From the NCBI GenBank assembly GCA_963665665.1, contig OY762428.1:2688001-2752000 (forward strand): 64,000 nucleotides of DNA. The letters are read 5' to 3'. This DNA comes from Candidatus Kapaibacterium sp. (GTDB lineage: Bacteria > Bacteroidota > Ignavibacteria > Kapaibacteriales > UBA2268). A model generated the notes under the pieces. The model did no database searches. It was not told where the DNA came from and was given only the letters and a program-made list of their open reading frames with translations. The stretch's first letter is position 1, and each line of letters begins with the position of its first letter. Position numbers and translations under genes: made by a program. Below are positions 19,975-29,375 of this stretch, one piece after another.

Positions 19975-21370
19975 GACCTTCCCAAACCCGCCTTATCGGG
20001 ATCCGAAGGAGGGGCTTTGAATCTTAGCCCTCCCCTTCGGGGAGGGTTTGGGAGGGGTCGGAAAATCCGTTATATATTTTCAATTCAAACATTATCTATA
20101 AAGCTTTTTATTTTCAATCTCTCTTTTTCAGGAGATTTTATTACTTCGGAATTTATATTATAATCTTCTGAATCCCCAAAATATGTTTATAATTGTAAAA
20201 TTGTCAAATATCCGGTAACTGACCTCCCCAAACCCCTCCGAAGGAGGGGCTTTGAATCTTAGCCCTCCCCTTCGGGGAGGGTTTGGGAGGGGTCGGAAAA
20301 TCCGATATATATTTTCAAATCAAACATTATCTATAAAGCTTTTAATTTTCAATGCAATTTCCACAGGAGATTTTATTACTTCGGAATTTCTGAATCGGAT
20401 AACTTGATACCCTAATTCGATTAAATTTTTCTCCCTGTTTCTATCATATTCTTTTTGCTTCAAATGAATCTTACCATCTATTTCAATTATAACTTTCTTT
20501 TTTAGACAAACAAAATCAACAATAAATCTGTCAATAACATGTTGTCTTCTAATTTTGTATCCAATTTTCTTGTTTTTTAAATAATTCCATAATTTTTCTT
20601 CTTCAACAGTCTTATTATCCTTCATTCTTTTACGAGTATCTTTTACTATTTTATACACGAATGGGTTCGCTGTTATATATTTTGGTTGTTCGCCATATTT
20701 ATTCCTACCATCCATTTTTAAACTCGTAAAAATCTTAAATATTATCAAATAGTATCATATGCTGAAACTGACCTCCCCAAACCCCTCCGAAGGAGGGGCT
20801 TTGAATCTTAGCCCTCCCCTTCGGGGAGGGTTTGGGAGGGGTCGGAAAATCCGATATATATTTTCAAATCAAACATTATCTATAAAGCTTATAATTTTCA
20901 ATGTAATTTCCTCAGGAGATTTTATTACTTCGGAATTTATATTATAATCTTCTGAATCTCCAAAATATGTTTATCATTTTAAAATTGTCAAACATTCAGT
21001 TACTGACCTCCCCAAACCCGCCTTGTCCCGGCTTGTCGGGATCCGAAGGAGGGGCTTTGAATCTTAGCCCTCCCCTTCGGGGAGGGTTTGGGAGGGGTCG
21101 GAAAATCCGATATATATTTTCAAATCAAACATTATCAATAAAGCTTTTAATTTTCAATGCAATTTCCTCAGGAGATTTTATTACTTCGGAATTTATATTA
21201 TAATCTTCTGAATCCCCAAAATATGTTTATCATTTTAAAATTGTCAAACATTCAGTTACTGACCTCCCCAAACCCGTCTTGTCCCGGCTTGTCGGGATCC
21301 GAAGGAGGGGCTTACTGCAAAGCTCTCCCCTTCGGGGAAGTTGCCACACCTCGTGTGTTGGGAGGGGTCA
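19975..21370. repeat. Tandem array of five palindrome doublets with homologous spacers, one spacer carrying a nuclease gene
   Basis: gacctccccaaaccc..tccgaaggaggggct..agccctccccttcggggagggtttgggaggggtc starts at 19975, 20221, 20770, 21005 and 21261. Confidence 0.92.
20320..20748 (-). CDS. DUF559 / Vsr-like endonuclease-domain protein
   Basis: T.EE.KLW.YLK, KIRRQHVI..FIVDFVC, IIEIDGKIH, YDRNRE..L..LGYQVIRF.N motifs. Confidence 0.9.
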   Translation of the reverse strand: MIIFKIFTSLKMDGRNKYGEQPKYITANPFVYKIVKDTRKRMKDNKTVEEEKLWNYLKNKKIGYKIRRQHVIDRFIVDFVCLKKKVIIEIDGKIHLKQKEYDRNREKNLIELGYQVIRFRNSEVIKSPVEIALKIKSFIDNV

Positions 21371-21442
21371 AAGAATCAGTTCTATTTTCAAAGTTACATT
21401 TCTCTTGTAGCGAAGCTCTGCTTCGTATTGAATTATCAGCAA

Positions 21443-21680
21443 ATTCCCCTCCTGTGGAGGGGTGCCCGAAGGGCGGGGTGGTTAAAATAAAAAATACAGG
21501 ATTGCAAAAAAATTCAATAACAAAGAAACCACCCTTTCGAAGATACCTTTCTTCTGAATTTTTGCAATTTGTCATTCTGGTGGAGCGAAGCGACTGAAGA
21601 ATCCGGATTTCTTATCAGATATTGGTGAAGAATTGATTCTTCGCTACGCTCAGCCTGCCCTCGATTTATCGGGGAATGAC
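21443..21680. repeat. Two further palindromic elements
   Basis: cccctcctgtggaggggtgcccgaagggcggggtgg (~21446-21482), and a GTCATTCTG doublet (21570-21680) with a cctgccctcgatttatcgggg insert. Confidence 0.75.
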
Positions 21681-21940
21681 TGCCTGTGTAATTCAAATTA
21701 CCTATTTCAATGTACGGCTAAGATTATATCTATATCTAACGAAAAAGACTGTCGGGGGTTTTAAATTATTTTTTTTCCCGCCTGAAGACAAACATGAGTC
21801 ATCAGGCTATAATTTAATAAAAAATAATTTCAAATACACTTATAAAATGGATGAAGCGAAAATATTTATTGTAACCAATTATTGAATTGCCGTGTTGAAA
21901 TTAACATAAAAAGGTTTGCCGGAATATGAAGGAGTAAAAA

Positions 21941-22885
21941 ATGCTGAAACTACTACTCATAGCAATAATATTTATTTCATCAATTGCCGATTGTATTGGC
22001 GGGATTTACGGCCAGCTTACCTGCTTGGTAGTTGATGAGGATGGTAAAGAAATTTTAAGAAATGATTTTAAAGTTGATAACAAAGTATATTATCCAAGAG
22101 ATATTGTTAAACCTGATACATTATTTTTCCTTGATTCATTGTCGCCGGGATTCCATACAATCATTTCATCTCCGTTTATTAGCCCTTACAGTTCCTGTGA
22201 AACTGAAGTAAGAATAGCTGTGGATTCCGTTACTATTGTTTACTTTTATCCCGGGATACGCCATTCTGTTTTCGGAACATATCAAGATTATTCTACCGAA
22301 ATGGTTGTTATTGAAAATTCATCCATTCAGGGAGTAAAGTCAGGTGAATGGGATCGTTTATATAATACAGGTAGGCGAGAGTATTATGTTGGGCCAACCG
22401 AGCATAGCTGCCAAAGCGAAGTTTACGGCCCTTTCCCGATATATGATCTTCCAGAAAACACAAGCGATTCTACCACTACCGGCAGTACCAAAAATGATAC
22501 TAACCAAACCACCCGGCCTGATACAACAACAAAGCAGGACTTCGGTGTTCTGAAAGGAAAAGTTATGGATGAGAATGGTAAGCCGGTAATTGGCGCAACT
22601 GTCAGGGTAGTTGGTACAAAACGAGGGACTTATGTCAAGAATAAGGATGGATCGTTTAAAATTGTAAAGATTCCGGCAGGAACTTATACTGTAAAAGTTA
22701 GCAGCGTTGGTTTTCATAACACTGAGGAAGATGTACAAATAATTGCCGGATCGATGGTGCCTTTTTCCTGTGTCCTTCATAAAAATGTGTTTAAAGGAGG
22801 TCAATATAATTGTTTCTTTAAACCACTAGTCCGAAACGATGATATCGGCACTATACGCAGTATTTCCCCAGAGGAATTGCGTTAG
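21941..22885 (+). CDS. Secreted protein with carboxypeptidase-regulatory-like domain(s)
   Basis: Signal peptide; GVLKGKVMDENGKPVIGATVRV..GT..G, IPAGTYTVKVSSVGF. Confidence 0.75.
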   Translation: MLKLLLIAIIFISSIADCIGGIYGQLTCLVVDEDGKEILRNDFKVDNKVYYPRDIVKPDTLFFLDSLSPGFHTIISSPFISPYSSCETEVRIAVDSVTIVYFYPGIRHSVFGTYQDYSTEMVVIENSSIQGVKSGEWDRLYNTGRREYYVGPTEHSCQSEVYGPFPIYDLPENTSDSTTTGSTKNDTNQTTRPDTTTKQDFGVLKGKVMDENGKPVIGATVRVVGTKRGTYVKNKDGSFKIVKIPAGTYTVKVSSVGFHNTEEDVQIIAGSMVPFSCVLHKNVFKGGQYNCFFKPLVRNDDIGTIRSISPEELR

Positions 22886-22907
22886 TTTATTTTTTTAAAA
22901 TATCCAC

Positions 22908-22955
22908 AAAAAAACAGCCCCGTTTGATCATCGTGAAAAAAACGGGGCTTGTTTG
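22908..22955. terminator. Bidirectional terminator between convergent genes
   Basis: agccccgttt..aaacggggct hairpin with flanking A/T tracts. Confidence 0.6.
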
Positions 22956-22972
22956 ACGTAAATATGTTTGTT

Positions 22973-23833
22973 TTAAGGCTGGTTCTTAATCAGGAAGAAT
23001 GTATCCCTGATAGCGTGTGCCGAGCCAAATGTACCTATACCGCCTTCAATATTTCCGAGATTGTCGTCATACTGGTTGGCCTGGAAATGCTGAAGGAACC
23101 ACATTGTGTAATTGAAATCAGGAACATATACAGTAACTTCTGTTTTACCAAACCATTTGAATATATTCCATACAACACTTGATTTGTTATTGGCAATAAA
23201 TGCCCAGTTGGTTATCTCATAAAAATCTTCTTCATCGCTCCAGTCCCTCCATATACGCCTGTTCATTTCATCTGTCGGGGGATCAAGGTATTTTCCGTAT
23301 TCCAATGTATCAAGGCATTTTACAGATAATGGAAAGAAGTTATACCCGGGGACACTCTGCCATGAAATTTCGCGCCTGTCCGGGAAGTTTATCGTATCTT
23401 TCGGGAACTGTAGCTGGTCTTCAATATCAGTAGTCCAGGCTGTTCTGCCGGGAGTTTCTGTCCATGCGTAAAGTTCTTCATCACCGATTGTTATGAACAG
23501 TTCATATTTGGTTTCAGGTTTTACTAAATATTCCTGGTCTTCGGCATAATATCCATTTTCACCTTCAGGATCTATTATCAGTTCAAATTCTTTGCCATCG
23601 CCTTTTATTACAACCCTTGCATCCCTGATAAGAGCATCTTCGTAGTTGAATGTACTGTTTATCGGCTGAGTTTTCGTTACGGCTATATTCTGAATTGGTT
23701 CGTCAATTAGCAATACAGCCTGAACAAAATTCTGTTCGATGTAGTCTGTAGGCGGTTCATCTTCACATGATGAAAGAACGATAAGTAAAAGCGGTAAAAG
23801 TATTACTATTATTTTATTTTTAAATGTTTTCAT
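22973..23833 (-). CDS. DUF4249-like lipoprotein
   Basis: Lipobox LSSCE; C-terminal NIEGGIGTFGS; directly downstream of the TonB receptor. Confidence 0.8.
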   Translation of the reverse strand: MKTFKNKIIVILLPLLLIVLSSCEDEPPTDYIEQNFVQAVLLIDEPIQNIAVTKTQPINSTFNYEDALIRDARVVIKGDGKEFELIIDPEGENGYYAEDQEYLVKPETKYELFITIGDEELYAWTETPGRTAWTTDIEDQLQFPKDTINFPDRREISWQSVPGYNFFPLSVKCLDTLEYGKYLDPPTDEMNRRIWRDWSDEEDFYEITNWAFIANNKSSVVWNIFKWFGKTEVTVYVPDFNYTMWFLQHFQANQYDDNLGNIEGGIGTFGSAHAIRDTFFLIKNQP

Positions 23834-23850
23834 TGTTATTCCATCCCTGA

Positions 23851-26154
23851 TTAAAATTTCACTTCATAAGATATTGTAGGTATTATCGGCAGAAGAGATA
23901 TATCTTCAACTGTAGTTTCGTTGTTTTCTGTATTATAATATCTTATCCAGATATCTTTATGATTATAAACGTTATATACATCAAGTATTAATCGTGCAGG
24001 CAATCCGAAGAAACTCATTTTTTTACTGACATTAATATTCAGCTGGTGAGACTCCGGTTTTCTGAGTCCGTACCTTTGCGACGGCACAACCTTGCCGTTA
24101 CCGTAATTCATACCCGGCATTCTCGACTGGAATCTCGAACTTGCACCGGTATAGGACTGTCCGGACTGGAATACAAAGTTCGCGCCGACTTCCCAGTTCT
24201 CATCTATTTTATATTGGGCAACGATTTTGAAATCATGACGCCTGTCGTATTTTGGCCTGAATTCCTTACCCTTGTTCACACTGTCGAATTTTGCATTAAT
24301 AAAGCCCAATGCATAGCCTGCCCAACCGGTGAAGTTACCAATTTTTTTCTGAACAAAAAATTCAATTCCGTAAGCGTTTGCATCGCCTATAAAGAATACA
24401 TCCGCTACCTTATCGCCTTCAATAGCGTTCTGGTTTATTTCACTGATATTATACATTTTCTTATAATATGCATCGAAATTAAAATCAAATCCGTCTGCCG
24501 GTTTTGTTTCAATACTAAGAATCAAGTGATCCGAGCGGCTGGGTTTAACTGATTCGTCCGTTGGCATCCATGTGTCAAAGAAAGAGAAGTCCTGCATGGA
24601 AGCAAGCCGCAGGCTCTGATAAAATCTTCCGGTAGCGATTTTTGCAGCTATATTGCCATTGAACTGATAGCGCATTGCAAATCTCGGTGATAACAGGTAT
24701 TCATCCGATGCATCCCAGTAATGGCCACGCAGGCCGGCCTGGATAGAAAACTGATCATTCACCTGCCAATTCATCTGTCCGTATATGGAATAGTTCCAGT
24801 CGTGTTCTTTCAGGTTGATTTCTCCGCCTTCGCTGCCGGAATCAGTTGAATCAGTATTACCGGTAAAATTCTGAAGCAATTCGAATGTATATCTTGTCAT
24901 TTCGAAACCGAATTTTGTAGTCAGTGACTGCGAATTAAACCATTCGAGCTGGCTTTTCAATGTATAGTCCCGGATTTGGTTGTTTATCAGGATTTCATAT
25001 CCCTGCTGATCAACGAAGAATTTGTTGAAATAATGGCTGGCGCTAAGGTTTGTTGAAAGAAACATATTATCGCCGAATATATGCTGCCAGCGCAAGGTGC
25101 CAAGATTATTTCCTATCTCAAGGTTCATATCCATACCCATATTACCATATTCAAGGTTGTCCGAACTCATGAAACCACTAAGGCTGATCTTATCATTGTC
25201 GCCTATTTCCTGGGTATATTTACCATTCAGGTCGTAAAAATTAAAGTCCGGGAGCGGGTCTTCAGGATCTTCATCTAAAAGCGATTTTATCAATTCAAAG
25301 TATGTTCTTCTGCCACTTACAAACCAGGAACTTCCTTCCAGGAGTCCCGGGCCCTCAAGGCTCAGCCTTGATGAAATTGCACCTACAGCTGCTATACCTT
25401 CAACTTCTTCCTTATTACCATCTTTCTGGGTTACGTTCAGAACAGCCGAAAGCCTGTTCCCGAATTCAGCCGGGAAGCCGCCTTTCAGAAGTTCAACGTC
25501 TTTAATGGCATCGGAATTAAAGGTTGAGATAAACCCAAACAAGTGAGTCGGGTTATAAACTGTTGTCCCGTCTAATAATACAAGGTTCTGGTCGGGGCTG
25601 CCGCCGCGAACAAACAACCCGCTTGATATTTGTGAAGAAGTAAGGATACCCGGCAGCATCTGAAGAGATCGGAACAGATCAGATTCACCACCAATCCTGA
25701 TTTCCTTGATCTGTTTGATAGGTATATTAACTTTACTTACTGTTATCTGTCTTTTTTCCACTTCTTTGTCTGCCTGGACAGTTACGCCTTCAGACATAAC
25801 CGACCCGGATTTCAGGGAAAAGTCCTTCCTCACAGATTGCCCGGCTTTGAATGTAATTTTTTCCTCATGCTTTTCGTATCCTATCGAGCTGATGACAACT
25901 GTATAAGAGCCGGGTTTTATACCTGCTATTGAAAAGAAACCACTCTTATTTGTATAAGCGCCTGATTTGGTTCCCTTAATAAAGATTGTTGCACCGATAA
26001 GTGCTTCTTTAGTATGAGAATCCTTAACGAAACCGTTCAAAGTTGCTGTATTTTCGTCTGCCGGCATAGCCGATGCAGTTTTTTTCATTGAATACATTTC
26101 ATATTGAAATGCTATAAAGAAAATTAGTACGATCGATAATAGAAATTTTTTCAT
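23851..26154 (-). CDS. TonB-dependent receptor
   Basis: N-terminal CarbopepD_reg domain; plug motifs VRGGSPDQNLVLLDG and KGGFPAEFGNRLS; terminal Phe. Start placed at MKKFLL. Confidence 0.92.
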   Translation of the reverse strand: MKKFLLSIVLIFFIAFQYEMYSMKKTASAMPADENTATLNGFVKDSHTKEALIGATIFIKGTKSGAYTNKSGFFSIAGIKPGSYTVVISSIGYEKHEEKITFKAGQSVRKDFSLKSGSVMSEGVTVQADKEVEKRQITVSKVNIPIKQIKEIRIGGESDLFRSLQMLPGILTSSQISSGLFVRGGSPDQNLVLLDGTTVYNPTHLFGFISTFNSDAIKDVELLKGGFPAEFGNRLSAVLNVTQKDGNKEEVEGIAAVGAISSRLSLEGPGLLEGSSWFVSGRRTYFELIKSLLDEDPEDPLPDFNFYDLNGKYTQEIGDNDKISLSGFMSSDNLEYGNMGMDMNLEIGNNLGTLRWQHIFGDNMFLSTNLSASHYFNKFFVDQQGYEILINNQIRDYTLKSQLEWFNSQSLTTKFGFEMTRYTFELLQNFTGNTDSTDSGSEGGEINLKEHDWNYSIYGQMNWQVNDQFSIQAGLRGHYWDASDEYLLSPRFAMRYQFNGNIAAKIATGRFYQSLRLASMQDFSFFDTWMPTDESVKPSRSDHLILSIETKPADGFDFNFDAYYKKMYNISEINQNAIEGDKVADVFFIGDANAYGIEFFVQKKIGNFTGWAGYALGFINAKFDSVNKGKEFRPKYDRRHDFKIVAQYKIDENWEVGANFVFQSGQSYTGASSRFQSRMPGMNYGNGKVVPSQRYGLRKPESHQLNINVSKKMSFFGLPARLILDVYNVYNHKDIWIRYYNTENNETTVEDISLLPIIPTISYEVKF

Positions 26155-26213
26155 TGCGGATAATTCCATTATTAAATAATAATTATTTTCGAATCTATTA
26201 TTCACTCATTCAC

Positions 26214-26239
26214 AACGTGGAAACTATTACAAAGTTTCA
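26214..26239 (-). promoter_or_regulatory. Candidate ECF-sigma promoter
   Basis: TGAAAC-N16-CGTT on the minus strand upstream of the TonB receptor. Confidence 0.5.
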
Positions 26240-26589
26240 GTTTCCTGATTTAAAGCAACACATTGGTGTTTAATTTTTTATTCGAATTATTTTTCTGCCG
26301 TATATAGCCGTAATCTTTTGATACAACAAGTACGTCATTGCCTTTTTTTTGCTTTAAAACATAGAGAACCCCTGTCTTCTTCCAGAAAACCATTTTAATA
26401 TCCTTCAATTATTTTGAAATATTTTCATTAATTCCTTTTTCTGATAGTAAGAGTCATGAAAAAGAAATCGGATGCATGGAGTTTACTTTTTTTTTTACAA
26501 AAACAAAAAAATATTACAATAGATGAAACCTTTGGGAAAGCACGACGTATTTTAAGCAGAGACGGGTAATAATTGATAAGTCCTTTTGG

Positions 26590-26707
26590 AAAAGAAGGCA
26601 AATTTTCGGCGCACAGCGCCGGCAAAAACGGGTGCAGCGGACGTTACAAAAGGGATGGGTTAACGACCGCTGCTGAGAACCGGGGGCAAATTCAGCCCCC
26701 GTTTTTT
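26590..26707 (+). ncRNA. Candidate small structured RNA
   Basis: Three consecutive GC-rich hairpins ending in a T6 terminator, with no plus-strand gene upstream. Confidence 0.35.
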
Positions 26708-26740
26708 AATATAATCAATTATTCTGAAATAAGCAAATTC

Positions 26741-27679
26741 CTATTTACCAAGCCTCTTTCTGAAATCTGCAATTGTTTTATCCAACCCTTCGCGCCTGCC
26801 TACTTTTGGCTCCCAGTTTAATATTTCTATAGCCTTACTGATATTTGGCTGGCGTACCTTGGGGTCGTCCGACGGAAGTTCTTTATGAACGATTTCGCTT
26901 CCTGAGCCGAGAATATCAATAATTTCCTTTGCCAGGTCGAAGATTGACAGCTCGCCGGGATTACCAATGTTCACGGGTTCTTCCTCGTCCGAAAGAAGCA
27001 GTCTGTAGATACCTTCCACTAAGTCGTCAACATAACAAACCGAACGCGTCTGCGACCCGTCGCCGAATACTGTTACCGGCTGATTTTCAAGAGCCTGGGA
27101 AATAAATGCAGGAATAGCGCGGCCGTCGTTAATTCTCATCCTGGGGCCGTAAGTATTGAATATCCTGACAATCCTGGTTTCAACATTGTGGTAACGGTTG
27201 TAAGCCATCGTCATCGCCTCGGAAAAACGCTTGGCTTCGTCATAAACACCACGGAATCCTACGGGATTTACATTTCCCCAGTAGTCTTCAGTCTGCGGAT
27301 GGATAAGCGGATCGCCATAAACTTCGCTGGTGCTGGCCAGCAGGAACCTTGCATTCTTTGCTTTTGCCAGCCCGAGAGCCTTATGAGTGCCAAGAGATCC
27401 AACTTTAAGTGTCTGAATCGGAAGTTTCAGGTAATCAATAGGGGAGGCCGGCGATGCAAAATGAAGAATATAATCCAGATCGCCTTCCACGTATATATAA
27501 TTTGTAACATCATGGTGAATAAATTGAAACTTGTCGTTGCCAATCAGGTGGGCAATATTGTCCGGCGAACCGGTAATAAAATTATCTATACAAATTACTT
27601 CGTCGCCTTCGGCAATAAATCGGTCGCAAAGATGAGACCCTAAAAATCCAGCTCCTCCGGTTATCAGTACTCTTGCCAT
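26741..27679 (-). CDS. UDP-glucuronate decarboxylase (SDR family)
   Basis: [34 protein letters not shown] and [10 protein letters not shown] motifs. Confidence 0.92.
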   Translation of the reverse strand: MARVLITGGAGFLGSHLCDRFIAEGDEVICIDNFITGSPDNIAHLIGNDKFQFIHHDVTNYIYVEGDLDYILHFASPASPIDYLKLPIQTLKVGSLGTHKALGLAKAKNARFLLASTSEVYGDPLIHPQTEDYWGNVNPVGFRGVYDEAKRFSEAMTMAYNRYHNVETRIVRIFNTYGPRMRINDGRAIPAFISQALENQPVTVFGDGSQTRSVCYVDDLVEGIYRLLLSDEEEPVNIGNPGELSIFDLAKEIIDILGSGSEIVHKELPSDDPKVRQPNISKAIEILNWEPKVGRREGLDKTIADFRKRLGK

Positions 27680-27813
27680 CCTAATCCCTGTATGTTAATA
27701 TTATTTAAAACTTTTCAATTAATACAAAATTAAGAAATAAATATTATTATCGAATGGAAATAATAATTAATTTGGATCGTATTTAAGGTATATAATATAA
27801 TATTACATTAATA

Positions 27814-28419
27814 ATGATCAATATTATGATAACTAAAATAATAGACCACTTTGAAAGTAACAACGGATATGGAAAGCTCAAGGAAATGAAAAGCGAACAT
27901 ATTCATACCAGAGCCATATCAAAAGCTGTCGAAAACGGAGAAATAATAAAAATTAAACCAGGACTTTATAAACTTATAGATTATAGATGGGATGACCTTA
28001 GTTCGTTCAGGGATATTTGTATGGCTAATAACAAGGCTGTAATATGCCTTACATCGGCTGCTGCCTATCACGGTCTTACTACTTTTCTTCCTTCTCGAAT
28101 AAATATCGCAACGCCTCATAACAGCATAAAATTCAAACTGGAATATCCAGTGCTAAAACAATTCTATTTTTCGCCAATACAATATAATACCGGAATAGAA
28201 ATCATAGAAACATCTTCCGGAAATTTTAAAATTTATTCAAAGGAAAAAACTATTGTTGATCTTTTTAGATACAGAAATAAAATCGGGGAAGATATCTTTT
28301 ACGAATCTCTAAAAAATTATATGAATGGTAAAAACAACATTAATGAATTTATTGAAATCTCTACAAAATTGCGAGTAAAAAATAAAATCCTTCCATTAAT
28401 AAAAGTATTGGCAATATGA
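27814..28419 (+). CDS. abiEi: Type IV TA antitoxin, AbiEi family
   Basis: Winged-HTH N-terminus (GEIIKIKPGLY); AVICLTSAAAYHGLT and IYSKEKTIVDLFRYR; overlaps abiEii. Confidence 0.85.
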   Translation: MINIMITKIIDHFESNNGYGKLKEMKSEHIHTRAISKAVENGEIIKIKPGLYKLIDYRWDDLSSFRDICMANNKAVICLTSAAAYHGLTTFLPSRINIATPHNSIKFKLEYPVLKQFYFSPIQYNTGIEIIETSSGNFKIYSKEKTIVDLFRYRNKIGEDIFYESLKNYMNGKNNINEFIEISTKLRVKNKILPLIKVLAI

Positions 28420-29330
28420 CTGACTATCTCAAAAACAAACCTGCCTCCATAAGGCAAAAACTACTTAATCATGCGAGAAGTAATAATATCGACTTCAACA
28501 TGATTTTGATTCACTACTTTAATGAGAGAATTCTATACAGGCTTTCGAAATCGAAATATTTTGATAATTTTATTTTGAAAGGAGCATTATTACTTCTTGC
28601 AAGCGATATTAGCCTGATTCGGCCCACAAAAGATATTGATTTTCTTGGAATAAATATAAATAATGATATCGAAGCAATTGCAAAAATATTTGCTGAAATT
28701 ATTAATATTGAATGTGATGACGGAATTGTTTTTTATCCGGATAAAGTTGATGGAGAATCGATAAATGATTTTGACCAATACAATGGCGTTAGAATTAAGA
28801 TTGAAGGTTTTCTTGATACTGCCAGGCAAAGGATACAAATTGATATTGGTTTCGGCGACACAATTTTTCCTGATCCTGTAATTATAGATTTTCCAACCAT
28901 TTTGGAATTTGATTCTCCAATTATCAGAGCGTATTCTTATGAAACGGTTATCTCTGAGAAATTCGAGGCAATTGTATCGTTAGGCCTTTCTAACAGCTGT
29001 ATGAAGGATTTTTATGATATTCTTTATCTTGCGTCCAAACATAAATTTAATTCGAGAATATTGAAACTTTCTATTAACGAAACTTTTATAAGAAGGAAAT
29101 CAAACATAGCCGATTTTAAATATGTTTTCAATTCGTCTTTTAAAAATGATCCGGAAAAACAAATATTATGGAAAGTATTTATGACCAGGACGAATTTGCA
29201 AATTGAACAGGATTTTAGTCAAATCATTAATAAAATAGAAATGTTTTTGAAACCAATTTTTAACTTTTCTAATGACATGTACTGGGATTCGGATTCTTTC
29301 AAATGGGTTAATCAAAGAATTACCGAATGA
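28416..29330 (+). CDS. abiEii: Type IV TA toxin, AbiEii nucleotidyltransferase
   Basis: FILKGA, RPTKDIDF, IDIGFGD, EKFEAI and KDFYD motifs. Confidence 0.88.
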   Translation: MTDYLKNKPASIRQKLLNHARSNNIDFNMILIHYFNERILYRLSKSKYFDNFILKGALLLLASDISLIRPTKDIDFLGININNDIEAIAKIFAEIINIECDDGIVFYPDKVDGESINDFDQYNGVRIKIEGFLDTARQRIQIDIGFGDTIFPDPVIIDFPTILEFDSPIIRAYSYETVISEKFEAIVSLGLSNSCMKDFYDILYLASKHKFNSRILKLSINETFIRRKSNIADFKYVFNSSFKNDPEKQILWKVFMTRTNLQIEQDFSQIINKIEMFLKPIFNFSNDMYWDSDSFKWVNQRITE

Positions 29331-29375
29331 CATGCTGCCATCCGGTAATTATAAGATAGACTATATTCTTTCCTA

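Noticed and set aside
20085-21200. Diversity-generating retroelement (template/variable repeat pair at the DUF559 3' end)
   Set aside because: The few differences are not confined to adenines, and there is no reverse transcriptase in the window.
19975-21370. CRISPR array
   Set aside because: Units are 235-549 bp, the spacers are homologous to each other, and no cas genes are present.
20759-21696. Short ORFs containing LTSPNPSEGG / PPLRGGFGRG
   Set aside because: They are translations of the palindromic repeats.
26240-26420. Cobalamin/TPP riboswitch ahead of the TonB receptor
   Set aside because: No recognisable conserved aptamer motifs; the sequence is AT-rich.
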